A stretch of DNA of 24,446 nucleotides from a virus (taxonomy: Duplodnaviria > Caudoviricetes): the IMG/VR virus record IMGVR_UViG_3300047564_000143, positions 1 through 24,446 of that record. One strand, 5' to 3'. Shown piece after piece: positions 18,501 to 24,379 of this stretch (the stretch's first letter is position 1; each line of letters begins with the position of its first letter). The notes under the pieces are model-generated. The model was given only the letters and a program-made list of their open reading frames with translations. It did no database searches and was not told the origin of the DNA. The position numbers were made by a program, and so were the translations under genes.

Positions 18501-21500
18501 CTACTCCCTCCGTGCAACAAACACCCCCGAGTTTAAACAGTGGTTTAAAAAGAGTCCTGTGGTCGATGCTGTCGGCAAGCCACAAATGATGTTCCATGGA
18601 ACGGCGCTAGATATTGAAGAGTTCATCCCCGGACAGGCTAATGCTATCTATGTAAGCCCTGATCCAGAGTTTGCTGGAACTTTTGCCAAGTACAGTAGTG
18701 ACAGAGAGGTTATAAAGCTAGGAGAAAACCTAGACAAAGATTTAGATGCAAAGAGGTTAATTCTTGAACCTGTCATTGACAATGCAATGGCGGTTGGTGA
18801 TTTAACAAACGCTAACCTCCCAGAGCATCGCAGAATGGCAAAGGCTGGGTTTATCAGGAATCTAGACCAGTACACCAAAGAATACTGGATGAATGAATTT
18901 CTAGATATGCCCATGGCGGATGCCGCACGAACAATGGGCGTTGGGCCAGCATTAAAGCAGGCGTTGGCAAATCAATTGACCACAGGGCGCAATGTTATGC
19001 CTCTGTATGTCAATCCTCAAAAACCTTTTGATTTTGAAAATAAAAGTCATGTAAAGCAGGTTTCTGATCTTGTATTCAAGTATGACCCCGATACTTACGA
19101 TCAAAATCCATCCAATCAAAAGGCTTTGATTGACGATCTAAGAAATGGGGATTGGAGGCTGATAGAAGAGCCAGTGATCCAAGAAGCTATTAAAGAACTT
19201 GGATTTGATGCGTTCTATGTCAAAGAGCAAGGACTCTACAAAAATCTTGGTCTTTACAGACCCAATCAAATCAAATCTGCAATTGGCAACGAGGGAACAT
19301 TTAGTTCAAAGACGGGTGATATCCGTTACTCGCTTCGCTCAAATACCCCTCCGCCAGAAAACATTCAAAGATTTTTTGGTCAGGCAGAACGTTTAGAGAC
19401 CACCCCAGAAATTACTGAACTCAGGGATGCATGGATTGGTGGTGTATCTGATGCTGGTTTAAACGAGGCGGCTTACTACCTTGACCAGGTTCCTGGCGGC
19501 AAAGAGTACACAAAAAATGTTCAAAAGTTAGCCAGACAAATTCTTGGTGATCGCATCAAAGGATTCCGTTTGATGTCCAAGGAAGAGTTGGAAAACATTC
19601 AGGCGGGTGATCTTGATTACTATGCGGCATTTTCACTCAACCCAAACACCGCTTTATCGTTTGCAAACTTTGTTAATAACTCAAAGATTGCACCTCAGGA
19701 TCTGGTGGTTGTAGAAGCAGACATCAATCCCGGTGATATCCACATGATCGGCAAGGAAGGGGAGTCAGAGATTGTTGCTGACATGAGTCGCCTTGCTGGA
19801 GACCAGAGAAAGATCACCGAGTTTGCACAACCGGTTAGGTTCTCACTTCGTCAGCAGGCTGCACAGACCCTAGGCCAAGGCTATTTAAACACTGTAGAGC
19901 GCACCACAACCCCCAGGGTGGAGCAGGGGTTGAAGGATCGGATTGCTGAAGCAATCAGTCCAACGAAGGTCTCTAAGTTTCGGCAGATGTTTATCAACAA
20001 GTATGAAGCTATTGAGGTCTACTCTCGGGAGTTTGCCAAGAAGTTTGGCAATGCCGCTCTTTTGGCGGATACCTCTGCTATTTCCGCAGCGTTGATGTCT
20101 GATCGGGCAGCAGGTGTTGCTGCTGAGTCGTTTAAATCAGGCATCCCGGTCTATAACAAGGGCTACACCTACGTCGATAACATGAATGGCAAGGTCAAGG
20201 GACTGATGGATATCCTGATGCCCTTGGCCCAGAGGCAAGATCCGTTTGTCTATCGGATGTTCCAAGACTACGCCGGTAGAAGAAGGGGTGTTCGGCTAGA
20301 CGCCCAAGGGAAGGTCACTCCGTTTACATCTCAAGAACTAGCGGAGATCCCGAAAATCGAGAAAGCTTTCCCTGAATTTAAACAGGTGTTTGAAGACTAC
20401 CAGCGGTACAACGAAGGCTTAGTACGGTACATGAGAGACACCGGGGTGATTGATGCTAAGGCGGCTCAGGAATGGATGAAGTACGGAGACTACATTCCTT
20501 TCTACCGCCAGTTGGATGGGGAAAGAACTGTCGGCCCCAGCATCTTCTCGGCTATCTCTGGGGTCAAGGCACCCAAGAAACTTAAGGGTGGAGACGCTCC
20601 CCTTGGAGAATTCTTAGAGACTGTGATCCGTAATTCTCGGGCGGCAATCGAAGCCGGGATGAGGAACGTCGCCGCAAACCGGGTGGTTAACAACTTCCAG
20701 CGTTTAAACAGCCCATCAGGGGTGGGCAACCTGGTGGAAAAGGTAACGGAAAAAGAAAGAAACCTTCCTGATGTGGTGACTGTCCGGGAGAACGGTAAGG
20801 ATGCCTTCTATCAGGTAGCCGATCCCCTCTTGGTTCAATCCTTACAAGCTTTAAACATCCCTCAGATACCGGGATTGGATATCCTTGCCGCTCCCGCTTC
20901 TTTCCTGCGGGAGATGGTTACCCGAGACCCAGCCTTTATCGGAGCCTCAGTCCTTCGAGAATCCCTATCCGCATGGATCACCACCGGTCAAAGAATGACC
21001 CCCATCGTGGATGGTGTGAAGCAGTTTGGAAAGATTCTGGCAAATGCTTCCCCTGAGGTGATAGCCCTCCGCAGGGCCGGTATCGGTTCTGGCTATGAGT
21101 TCAAGGGAGATGTTCAAGCCACCTCTGGAGAGTTTGCCAAACAGTTAAAACAGAAGGCCGGGGATATGTCTGCCGCTCAAAGGGCGGTTAAACCTATCTC
21201 TTGGATGTGGGATTCGTTAGATAAAGCTTCTACCGCTGCTGACTTATCCACAAGGGCGGAAGTGTTTAAACGGGTCATGGAAGAGACCGGCAATGAGGCT
21301 GAGGCTGTATACCAGGCAATGGAGGTTATTAACTTCTCCCGCAAAGGATCTAGCCCGATCATTCAGATCTTTGCCGCCATCATTCCGTTCTTAAACGCCC
21401 GGATACAGGGCTTAGATCTGCTCTACAGGGCCGGTTTTGGGCGTCTGGCTAGTGCGAATAAGGTTACCCAACACAAGGCCTTTATGCTTCGTTCCTTGGC

Positions 21501-22395
21501 CCTTCTGGGCACCACGGCGATGTACTACGCCTTGGTACAGGATGATGATGAATGGCAGAGAGCAGACCAAGAAACCAGGGATAACTACTGGATCATCGGC
21601 GGGTTTAAGTTCCCGATCCCGTTTGAACTGGGTGTTATGTTCAAGGTTATCCCCGAGCGGATCATGGCCTACACCATGGGAGACGATACGGGTAAAGAGG
21701 TTCGGGAATCGATTGCCAGACAGGTCATGGGTACCTTGTCATTTAACCCGATCCCGCAGGCGGTTCTGCCTTTGATTGAGGCTTCCGCAAACTATTCATT
21801 CTTCCTTCAGCGAGACATTGTGGGCATGGGCAAGAGAGACCTTGCTCCTGAGTTCCAGACCTCTGAAGGAACTTCTAAGATCGCTATCGAACTTGGTCAG
21901 ACATTAGGGATTTCCCCAATGAAGATTGACTATGTTCTACGGGGCTACACAGGATCGATGGGAACCTATGCCATCACCGCCATGGATTCCATCATCCGGT
22001 CTGAGGATGACGCTACCAAGGCCACCTGGAGACTGGATCAGATACCCGTGTTGAAACGCTTTATGATCTCGGATCTCGGAGCCGGTACGGTCAATGACTA
22101 CTATGACCTGAAGGACAGGGTTGACGAGGTAGTCAGGACATCCAACCAGCTTGAAAGAACCGGTAATGTGAAGGCTCTGTCTGAGTACCTCAAAGAAAAC
22201 GGTCAGGTTCTTGGGATTAAGGACTATGTCCGAGACCTAGATAAGGACATGAAGTCTATCCGGGAATCCAAGATGGCTATCAATATGTCTCGGATGGATC
22301 CAGACCAGAAACGAGATGCTTTGGATGCCTTGCGTAGGGCAGAGATATCTCTAACCGAGAGGATCGGCACTCTTCGCAAGAGTCTTGGAGTCTAA
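12514..22395 (+). CDS. Large polyvalent protein (3293 aa): ejection-type N-terminus, zincin metallopeptidase, HhH-glycosylase-like and ADP-ribosyltransferase-like modules, LPD38-like C-terminus
   Basis: Single uninterrupted ORF. HESIH...EE motif, LPGVDDK...TIDRW...QAALW, two FKQWF..S..VD..G.P..M[YF]HGT...QIKS..GN.G domains, an R-S-ExE domain and a C-terminal RDNYW...PIPFELG...PER motif. Confidence 0.9.
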   Translation: MAYQITLPDGSIGLIDDSVPRNRAMEAAQAAYPDAFPGIGEQLLGAPGELLKGLGRGIVDPVTGLASTAYTGLRAAGVEMAPFAETGVGKGLAGVQEYLAPDYGTVSEFAGAVGGLGSFLIPGTLMAKGLGRAATLGGMATGLGAEEARSRVEQARAEGTDVSTGQEFAAQLGGTAIGLTELAPIERLTGPLQAILRGVKKSDADMIAPGLFNSAKRMVETGGIEGLQEGMANVAQDLLAKGIYNPELDIGESALGDAAMGASVGAFAQGVIELVTKGKRKTLYDNLKAEEDAKTRTAEAEKARLAEEAERKKTLENFGIEGQPLLLAAPQAQVTPSREEKSALDKYGVEEKELFEPFGTFSRDELDPTVVKELDKRRKEAGRPKTESFTIQDIADTGVYRAELDRLLAQRSGFTGQVTFKPAEIVGLAQQKNIDTSTQGFSDFVSRVTGIKPMPNLTGANALRGLNDVELFAVREALNKLPVYEKLKILPTGKSAKIFDEKQANKTLTSITKTLSDKLGAEGLGETTILQEIGDFSGLGDVNDQRSLLEKYITEGKLERTATPAYGVFDAKGNQVTVIKGKDGQLTQAERVQAQRKAQEIGGTVKGVTINNIKLASPVNRLIGGADIREGVYEDNKIQGYDITTETGEVIGKAANNRQAEIAAQRVRAVREQRQQQLVDAKQKIEQSIAAREQELADLEALGQKNSEQYSKLQGSVASQKRNLGKVEQSIQEFGKGVTVNPRHAKQKRTGYTLFQGNKPVGTYNSRQEAMDASVVGLPTDKLEAILDAFPTLKADALPGKDRADIQRIQQVASQELAARTGQVPSGVGVTVEGDITAAEERLALQGIFSPRIKERVNELDKKLRAALDSLGLKDVRLNIVGAIKGELGVADGAYAARLIKIALDAENPMRVLRHESIHALKELGAFTPDQWRVLENKAKSEWIQKYNIMGRYQGLDPASMIEEAIADAFSDFSQTKPPAGLIRNIFDKIKAFFTRLDNAFKGFGFQTSDDVFTQAELGQLIPGMGERAAQVQGLQAQRVTAEEPERYSLRPRKLKSGEIVGSPPNARTEPQRTALVRQMTDLLRSPFTMLDESKNWYEDSGAAIRSITRGDPELTERVVRLMALYSQANGVGGNTTATIKSIYQLATGQPTAFAGRFPNTTAERIPAILAAPTMDDSLPGVDDKLMNFYRNLHDATYQTDTFDDASTIDRWMMRLFGYPHTEDQDVGGASGLSNTQYTYAKDLVRRISDAHFRRSGERLLPRQIQAALWTYVKNKTDYDSLPDDKKASFEPSIIDFSDYITRATANITWETRPSTSINLLPGIHKAPRNEQEAFNRAVREIFVDEDGNDLIFQLLGGEQLYSSQFSMGAYENQIAPNIITKLVLRKDDNKYLGDAANKYASIVGYVTRQDAVPWYRADPTAGGKFASTGFRVTPSVENVDPAFEQSLFDHLNTAMPGVGFTRIDNAFDFVNFRGEDGKPFFMADKKYKEKLQEALESFPGDVEFNVEPFRAESAYISNNWKENANGEGYLSAFSPGELADIQNTLDGWRSSYDTIADQFGRDFGWNKFSLRSPEPAGGSSTGSGLVLGESQPGAKSFTGTHYGKQRVDVLSGSFYGTGIKGAEAARLAQSRDFRIKKRVYFYVPFETGTMPRPEAGLGNFVYKQTLNNILPPGEIMSRFYNEAGQDANEFESAIVDAGYDGYAVPSMGMMVVLNHDVPVEFLGTRDTIRNLTPTEKFSLRTTDTPEFKQWFGRSTIVDAQGRPKVMYHGTARDITEFKPKRSSSIFVTPDPEFADDFGIQSEDWMVDHATEILSEQEIKKALAEGITKMTPGLSKEKRIAMLAEMLKFPLKSIVKDQDATEIRDALKRRMPARRNIMPVYVRAENPFDFENPEHIRTLKQYVGMTPDTVVAIKNGSWDIIEEDSIQDAIKEAGFDSFYMKEGGRKNLAVYKPDQIKSVTGNIGTYGQREPTLEEAKQFGLTIEEAKAAQKRGDIRYSLRATNTPEFKQWFKKSPVVDAVGKPQMMFHGTALDIEEFIPGQANAIYVSPDPEFAGTFAKYSSDREVIKLGENLDKDLDAKRLILEPVIDNAMAVGDLTNANLPEHRRMAKAGFIRNLDQYTKEYWMNEFLDMPMADAARTMGVGPALKQALANQLTTGRNVMPLYVNPQKPFDFENKSHVKQVSDLVFKYDPDTYDQNPSNQKALIDDLRNGDWRLIEEPVIQEAIKELGFDAFYVKEQGLYKNLGLYRPNQIKSAIGNEGTFSSKTGDIRYSLRSNTPPPENIQRFFGQAERLETTPEITELRDAWIGGVSDAGLNEAAYYLDQVPGGKEYTKNVQKLARQILGDRIKGFRLMSKEELENIQAGDLDYYAAFSLNPNTALSFANFVNNSKIAPQDLVVVEADINPGDIHMIGKEGESEIVADMSRLAGDQRKITEFAQPVRFSLRQQAAQTLGQGYLNTVERTTTPRVEQGLKDRIAEAISPTKVSKFRQMFINKYEAIEVYSREFAKKFGNAALLADTSAISAALMSDRAAGVAAESFKSGIPVYNKGYTYVDNMNGKVKGLMDILMPLAQRQDPFVYRMFQDYAGRRRGVRLDAQGKVTPFTSQELAEIPKIEKAFPEFKQVFEDYQRYNEGLVRYMRDTGVIDAKAAQEWMKYGDYIPFYRQLDGERTVGPSIFSAISGVKAPKKLKGGDAPLGEFLETVIRNSRAAIEAGMRNVAANRVVNNFQRLNSPSGVGNLVEKVTEKERNLPDVVTVRENGKDAFYQVADPLLVQSLQALNIPQIPGLDILAAPASFLREMVTRDPAFIGASVLRESLSAWITTGQRMTPIVDGVKQFGKILANASPEVIALRRAGIGSGYEFKGDVQATSGEFAKQLKQKAGDMSAAQRAVKPISWMWDSLDKASTAADLSTRAEVFKRVMEETGNEAEAVYQAMEVINFSRKGSSPIIQIFAAIIPFLNARIQGLDLLYRAGFGRLASANKVTQHKAFMLRSLALLGTTAMYYALVQDDDEWQRADQETRDNYWIIGGFKFPIPFELGVMFKVIPERIMAYTMGDDTGKEVRESIARQVMGTLSFNPIPQAVLPLIEASANYSFFLQRDIVGMGKRDLAPEFQTSEGTSKIAIELGQTLGISPMKIDYVLRGYTGSMGTYAITAMDSIIRSEDDATKATWRLDQIPVLKRFMISDLGAGTVNDYYDLKDRVDEVVRTSNQLERTGNVKALSEYLKENGQVLGIKDYVRDLDKDMKSIRESKMAINMSRMDPDQKRDALDALRRAEISLTERIGTLRKSLGV
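15100..15560 (+). other. Zincin-like metallopeptidase domain within the giant protein
   Basis: G.Y strand (ADGAY), HExxH = HESIH at 15256-15270 (H915) and downstream EEAIAD at 15400. Boundaries are approximate. Confidence 0.7.
15652..19851 (+). repeat. Six dispersed copies of the peptide motif [RK][YF]SLR delimiting five modules
   Basis: RYSLR 15652-15666, KFSLR 17215-17229, KFSLR 17722-17736, RYSLR 18499-18513, RYSLR 19324-19338, RFSLR 19837-19851. Confidence 0.9.
17737..19323 (+). repeat. Tandem duplicated ART-PolyVal-like ADP-ribosyltransferase domains
   Basis: Both copies share TPEFKQWF, M[YF]HGT, PDPEFA, RN.MP.YV....PFDFEN, IQ.AIKE.GFD.FY.KE.G..KNL..Y.P.QIKS..GN.GT and GDIRYSLR. Identical DNA stretches are GAGTTTAAACAGTGGTT (17752, 18529) and GATCCAGAGTTTGCTG (17884, 18661). 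Confidence 0.85.
21500..22395 (+). other. LPD38-like C-terminal domain of the giant protein
   Basis: INFSRKG...IPFLNARIQG upstream, then WQRA....RDNYW...FPIPFELG..FK..PER and SPMKIDY.LRGYTG.MG. Boundaries are approximate. Confidence 0.7.
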
Positions 22396-22677
22396 CTCCC
22401 TGACCATCTCCTGAACGTCTTTAAACAGATCCCATTCGTCTCCGTAACGCTTCTCGAACTCCTTCTTCCAGGGATGCCGGGAAGCGTACATATCGTTGTT
22501 TAAACCGGCTCTGTGGTGGTAGTAACACAACGGGATGGTATGGAAGTCATCCACCCTCCGGTTGCCATTCCTATGCAGATGGTGAATGTCAGGCGGGGAT
22601 CTCAACCCAAACTCTTTTAAGCAGACGATGCATCCGATCTGCGTCAATGCGTTAAACCATCTCTCTTTCTTATTCAT
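22351..22677 (-). CDS. Ref-like (recombination enhancement/DUF968) HNH-type nuclease
   Basis: GCIVC...DIHH......DDFHTIPLC..HHR....H.....FE..YG.E.DL. Start at 22677 is preferred because it makes an ATGA overlap with the upstream stop. Confidence 0.75.
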   Translation of the reverse strand: MNKKERWFNALTQIGCIVCLKEFGLRSPPDIHHLHRNGNRRVDDFHTIPLCYYHHRAGLNNDMYASRHPWKKEFEKRYGDEWDLFKDVQEMVRELDSKTLAKSADPLG

Positions 22678-23099
22678 AGGGCAACTAGTGTCCATTTCTG
22701 TATGGGGACATCAAAGAAGTCTTCGTTGTCACATTCCTTGTTGTCCAAAAAAACAACCGGAGAGTTCAGAACCTCCCGCCCATCAATCCAGAAAGCTTTC
22801 TTCAGGTCACTCCGAACACTGAAGATTAGGTTGGTGGTCTCCGGGTTTTCAAAGAACTTCCTTTTCCTTCCGGGTACATGGATGGTTGAGTATGTAAACT
22901 CTCCTCGCCAGGAATGTCTCCTCTCAACCTCCACATAGCCTGCGATCTTCCCGTTCTTGTAACAGATGATATCTATCCCATAAAGATCTTTGTTCACAAC
23001 CGGGATGTACTTCCATCGTTTAAACAAATATCCACAGACGGCTTTCTTAGCAGCCGCATCGTCTTGATCGTACTGCTCTTGGGAGAATTGTTTTCTCAT
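22674..23099 (-). CDS. PD-(D/E)xK-fold nuclease-like protein
   Basis: DLYGIDII....G....YVEVERR.SW motif. Start at 23099 (MRKQF) is preferred because of the ATGA overlap with the DUF3310 stop. Confidence 0.55.
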   Translation of the reverse strand: MRKQFSQEQYDQDDAAAKKAVCGYLFKRWKYIPVVNKDLYGIDIICYKNGKIAGYVEVERRHSWRGEFTYSTIHVPGRKRKFFENPETTNLIFSVRSDLKKAFWIDGREVLNSPVVFLDNKECDNEDFFDVPIQKWTLVAL

Positions 23100-23314
23100 G
23101 CCTCTAGCTCTTCGATAAGCCTGTTTAAATACCACTGCGCCTTCTTCAGATCCTGTAAGGCGTCATCCTTGTAGCCCGTGCGGCTTAGATACTTCAGAAC
23201 TGTCAGCCTGAGATGGCCTCTGAACTCTTCTGGTGTGGACTTGGCTTTCATGTAGTCAATCGTTTCTATCCCGCCGACCTTGTAATGCGGGGGATGGTTT
23301 ACCGCATCTGTCAT
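23096..23314 (-). CDS. DUF3310 / SaV-like protein (T7 gp1.7 nucleotide-kinase-related)
   Basis: D.VNHPPHY..GGIE.ID...........KY..R...K....DLKKA.WYL.RLI signature. Confidence 0.9.
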   Translation of the reverse strand: MTDAVNHPPHYKVGGIETIDYMKAKSTPEEFRGHLRLTVLKYLSRTGYKDDALQDLKKAQWYLNRLIEELEA

Positions 23315-23559
23315 TGCTCCTCCTTAATCTTGCTCGTCCCATGTTCGAATCCGTCCTCGTCCTTGCAGAACCAGACATGGGGGTTCTCACATCTTCCTTC
23401 AGCAATCATTTTCTTCTGGTATTCCTTGGTGCAATCTTCACAGAACCCGTTCTTTGGATTGGGCTTGTATTGCTTGGCAACATCTTTCCAGAGGTTGTAC
23501 TGCTTCTTGGTTGAGCACAATGGGTAGGAATAAAAAAACATCACTGGTTTGTGCGTCAT
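23311..23559 (-). CDS. Small Cys-containing hypothetical protein (possible Zn-binding)
   Basis: FCEDCT.EYQ..M...GRC.NP pattern. Overlaps with both neighbouring genes. Confidence 0.6.
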   Translation of the reverse strand: MTHKPVMFFYSYPLCSTKKQYNLWKDVAKQYKPNPKNGFCEDCTKEYQKKMIAEGRCENPHVWFCKDEDGFEHGTSKIKEEQ

Positions 23560-23819
23560 TATTTCACCGGTTGCCTTTCAGACCACATACTCATACAGGC
23601 TTGTTCTAACTCCAATGACGGAGGGTTAGTTTTCATCGCATCCTTCAATCCCATGCGGTAAGCCTCGACCACATCCTTCGGCATATTGACTGAGCTGGGA
23701 TCTGGGCCAGTGTTTAAACGTTCGATAATAAGCACCACCAACAGCATGACCATGGCACCCAAGGCGGCACCAGTCCAATAAGTGCCGTTCTGTATCTTCT
23801 GCTCAAGTGTTGTCTGCAT
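23559..23819 (-). CDS. Small membrane-anchored hypothetical protein
   Basis: One TM segment (WTGAALGAMVMLLVVLII). GGAG SD-like sequence upstream on the minus strand. Confidence 0.6.
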   Translation of the reverse strand: MQTTLEQKIQNGTYWTGAALGAMVMLLVVLIIERLNTGPDPSSVNMPKDVVEAYRMGLKDAMKTNPPSLELEQACMSMWSERQPVK

Positions 23820-23949
23820 GGTTCTTCTCCTCTAGTGCTTTGCGTAGTTCATCAATCTCTTCCTGCATCCGCTCCATGATCATCTGGTGCGTGACAATGC
23901 CTCCGTGGTCTAGGTGCTCTTCGCACCGCTGTTGCCATGTCTTAATCAT
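23803..23949 (-). CDS. 48-aa hypothetical protein missed by the ORF track
   Basis: Manual translation MIKTWQQRCEEHLDHGGIVTHQMIMERMQEEIDELRKALEEKNHADNT*. ATGA overlap with the upstream gene, and it fills the only gap in the operon. Confidence 0.7.
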   Translation of the reverse strand: MIKTWQQRCEEHLDHGGIVTHQMIMERMQEEIDELRKALEEKNHADNT

Positions 23950-24191
23950 TTCTCACCCCTTGCTCGTATTGCGGCGGCGCAGTCGGCTTGATAACGCAGT
24001 TCAGCAATACCAACCTGCCAATCTTCAGCGACCTTCGCACACGCCTCACGCTCATCAGCCCTAACCAACTCGGCGAACTTCGCAACATCAAGACCATCGG
24101 CAAGGTTCATGCACTCGTCATACATCTTTATGTGCGTCATCTTTGCCGCCATGTATTCCTTGATACGTTTCTCGTCTTCTAGGTCTCTCAT
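23946..24191 (-). CDS. Hypothetical protein with EREACA...CAAAIRARG motif
   Basis: Motif common in small proteobacterial phage proteins. ATGA overlaps at both ends. Confidence 0.7.
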   Translation of the reverse strand: MRDLEDEKRIKEYMAAKMTHIKMYDECMNLADGLDVAKFAELVRADEREACAKVAEDWQVGIAELRYQADCAAAIRARGEK

Positions 24192-24379
24192 ACCCTTCCC
24201 CTCTCAACAAGGTTAAACGGGTCATGCCATCTGATGGTCATGGGCGTTGTTTCAAAATACATATACTCCCGCCCACGCTTCTTAATCATCGTTCCTTCCT
24301 CTACTTGTTTCTCTAGCCGATGCCTTGCCATCTTTAGAGAAATATTATTCTGTTGAGCATATTCTCTGATAGTTATCAT
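24188..24379 (-). CDS. Small winged-HTH-like DNA-binding protein
   Basis: TIREYAQQNNISLKMARHRLEKQVEEG fits an HTH, followed by a beta wing and a WHDPFNL tail. Confidence 0.55.
   Translation of the reverse strand: MITIREYAQQNNISLKMARHRLEKQVEEGTMIKKRGREYMYFETTPMTIRWHDPFNLVERGRV

Larger units (their letters stand above)
2078..23719. repeat. Dispersed highly iterated palindrome GTTTAAAC (15 copies)
   Basis: Starts at 2078, 5299, 7044, 8103, 9712, 13907, 17754, 17844, 18531, 19457, 20702, 21264, 22498, 23018 and 23712 (manual count). Confidence 0.85.

Noticed and set aside
17737-19323. Duplicated domain considered as a DGR template/variable repeat pair
   Set aside because: Both copies are in-frame coding, differences are not adenine-specific, identity is limited to short stretches, and there is no reverse transcriptase in the window.
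15652-19851. [RK][YF]SLR sites as DNA-level site-specific recombination (shufflon/integron-like) repeats
   Set aside because: The nucleotide sequences differ at many synonymous positions and there is no recombinase in the window. Microhomology-assisted shuffling cannot be fully excluded.
22-22300. Numerous short antisense or alternate-frame ORFs in the ORF track (e.g. 4164-4688, 11761-12126, 16163-16567, 17610-18080)
   Set aside because: They lie inside well-supported genes, have no recognisable motifs, and are explained as shadow ORFs.
12514-22395. Giant ORF as a virion RNA polymerase, intein-containing protein or stop-codon-recoded fusion
   Set aside because: I see no DxDGD/DFD polymerase motifs, no intein C...HN/[CST] junctions and no in-frame stops. 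Standard-code ORFs tile the window.
1690-23575. Frequent ACCGGT palindromes (roughly 18 seen, about 6 expected)
   Set aside because: Most are in-frame Thr-Gly codon pairs in Thr/Gly-rich proteins. The modest excess is not convincing without a codon-aware null.
22586-24182. + strand ORFs at the right end (22586, 22702, 22914, 23213, 23233, 23807, 23988)
   Set aside because: They are antisense to a continuous, ATGA-coupled minus-strand operon with recognisable families.
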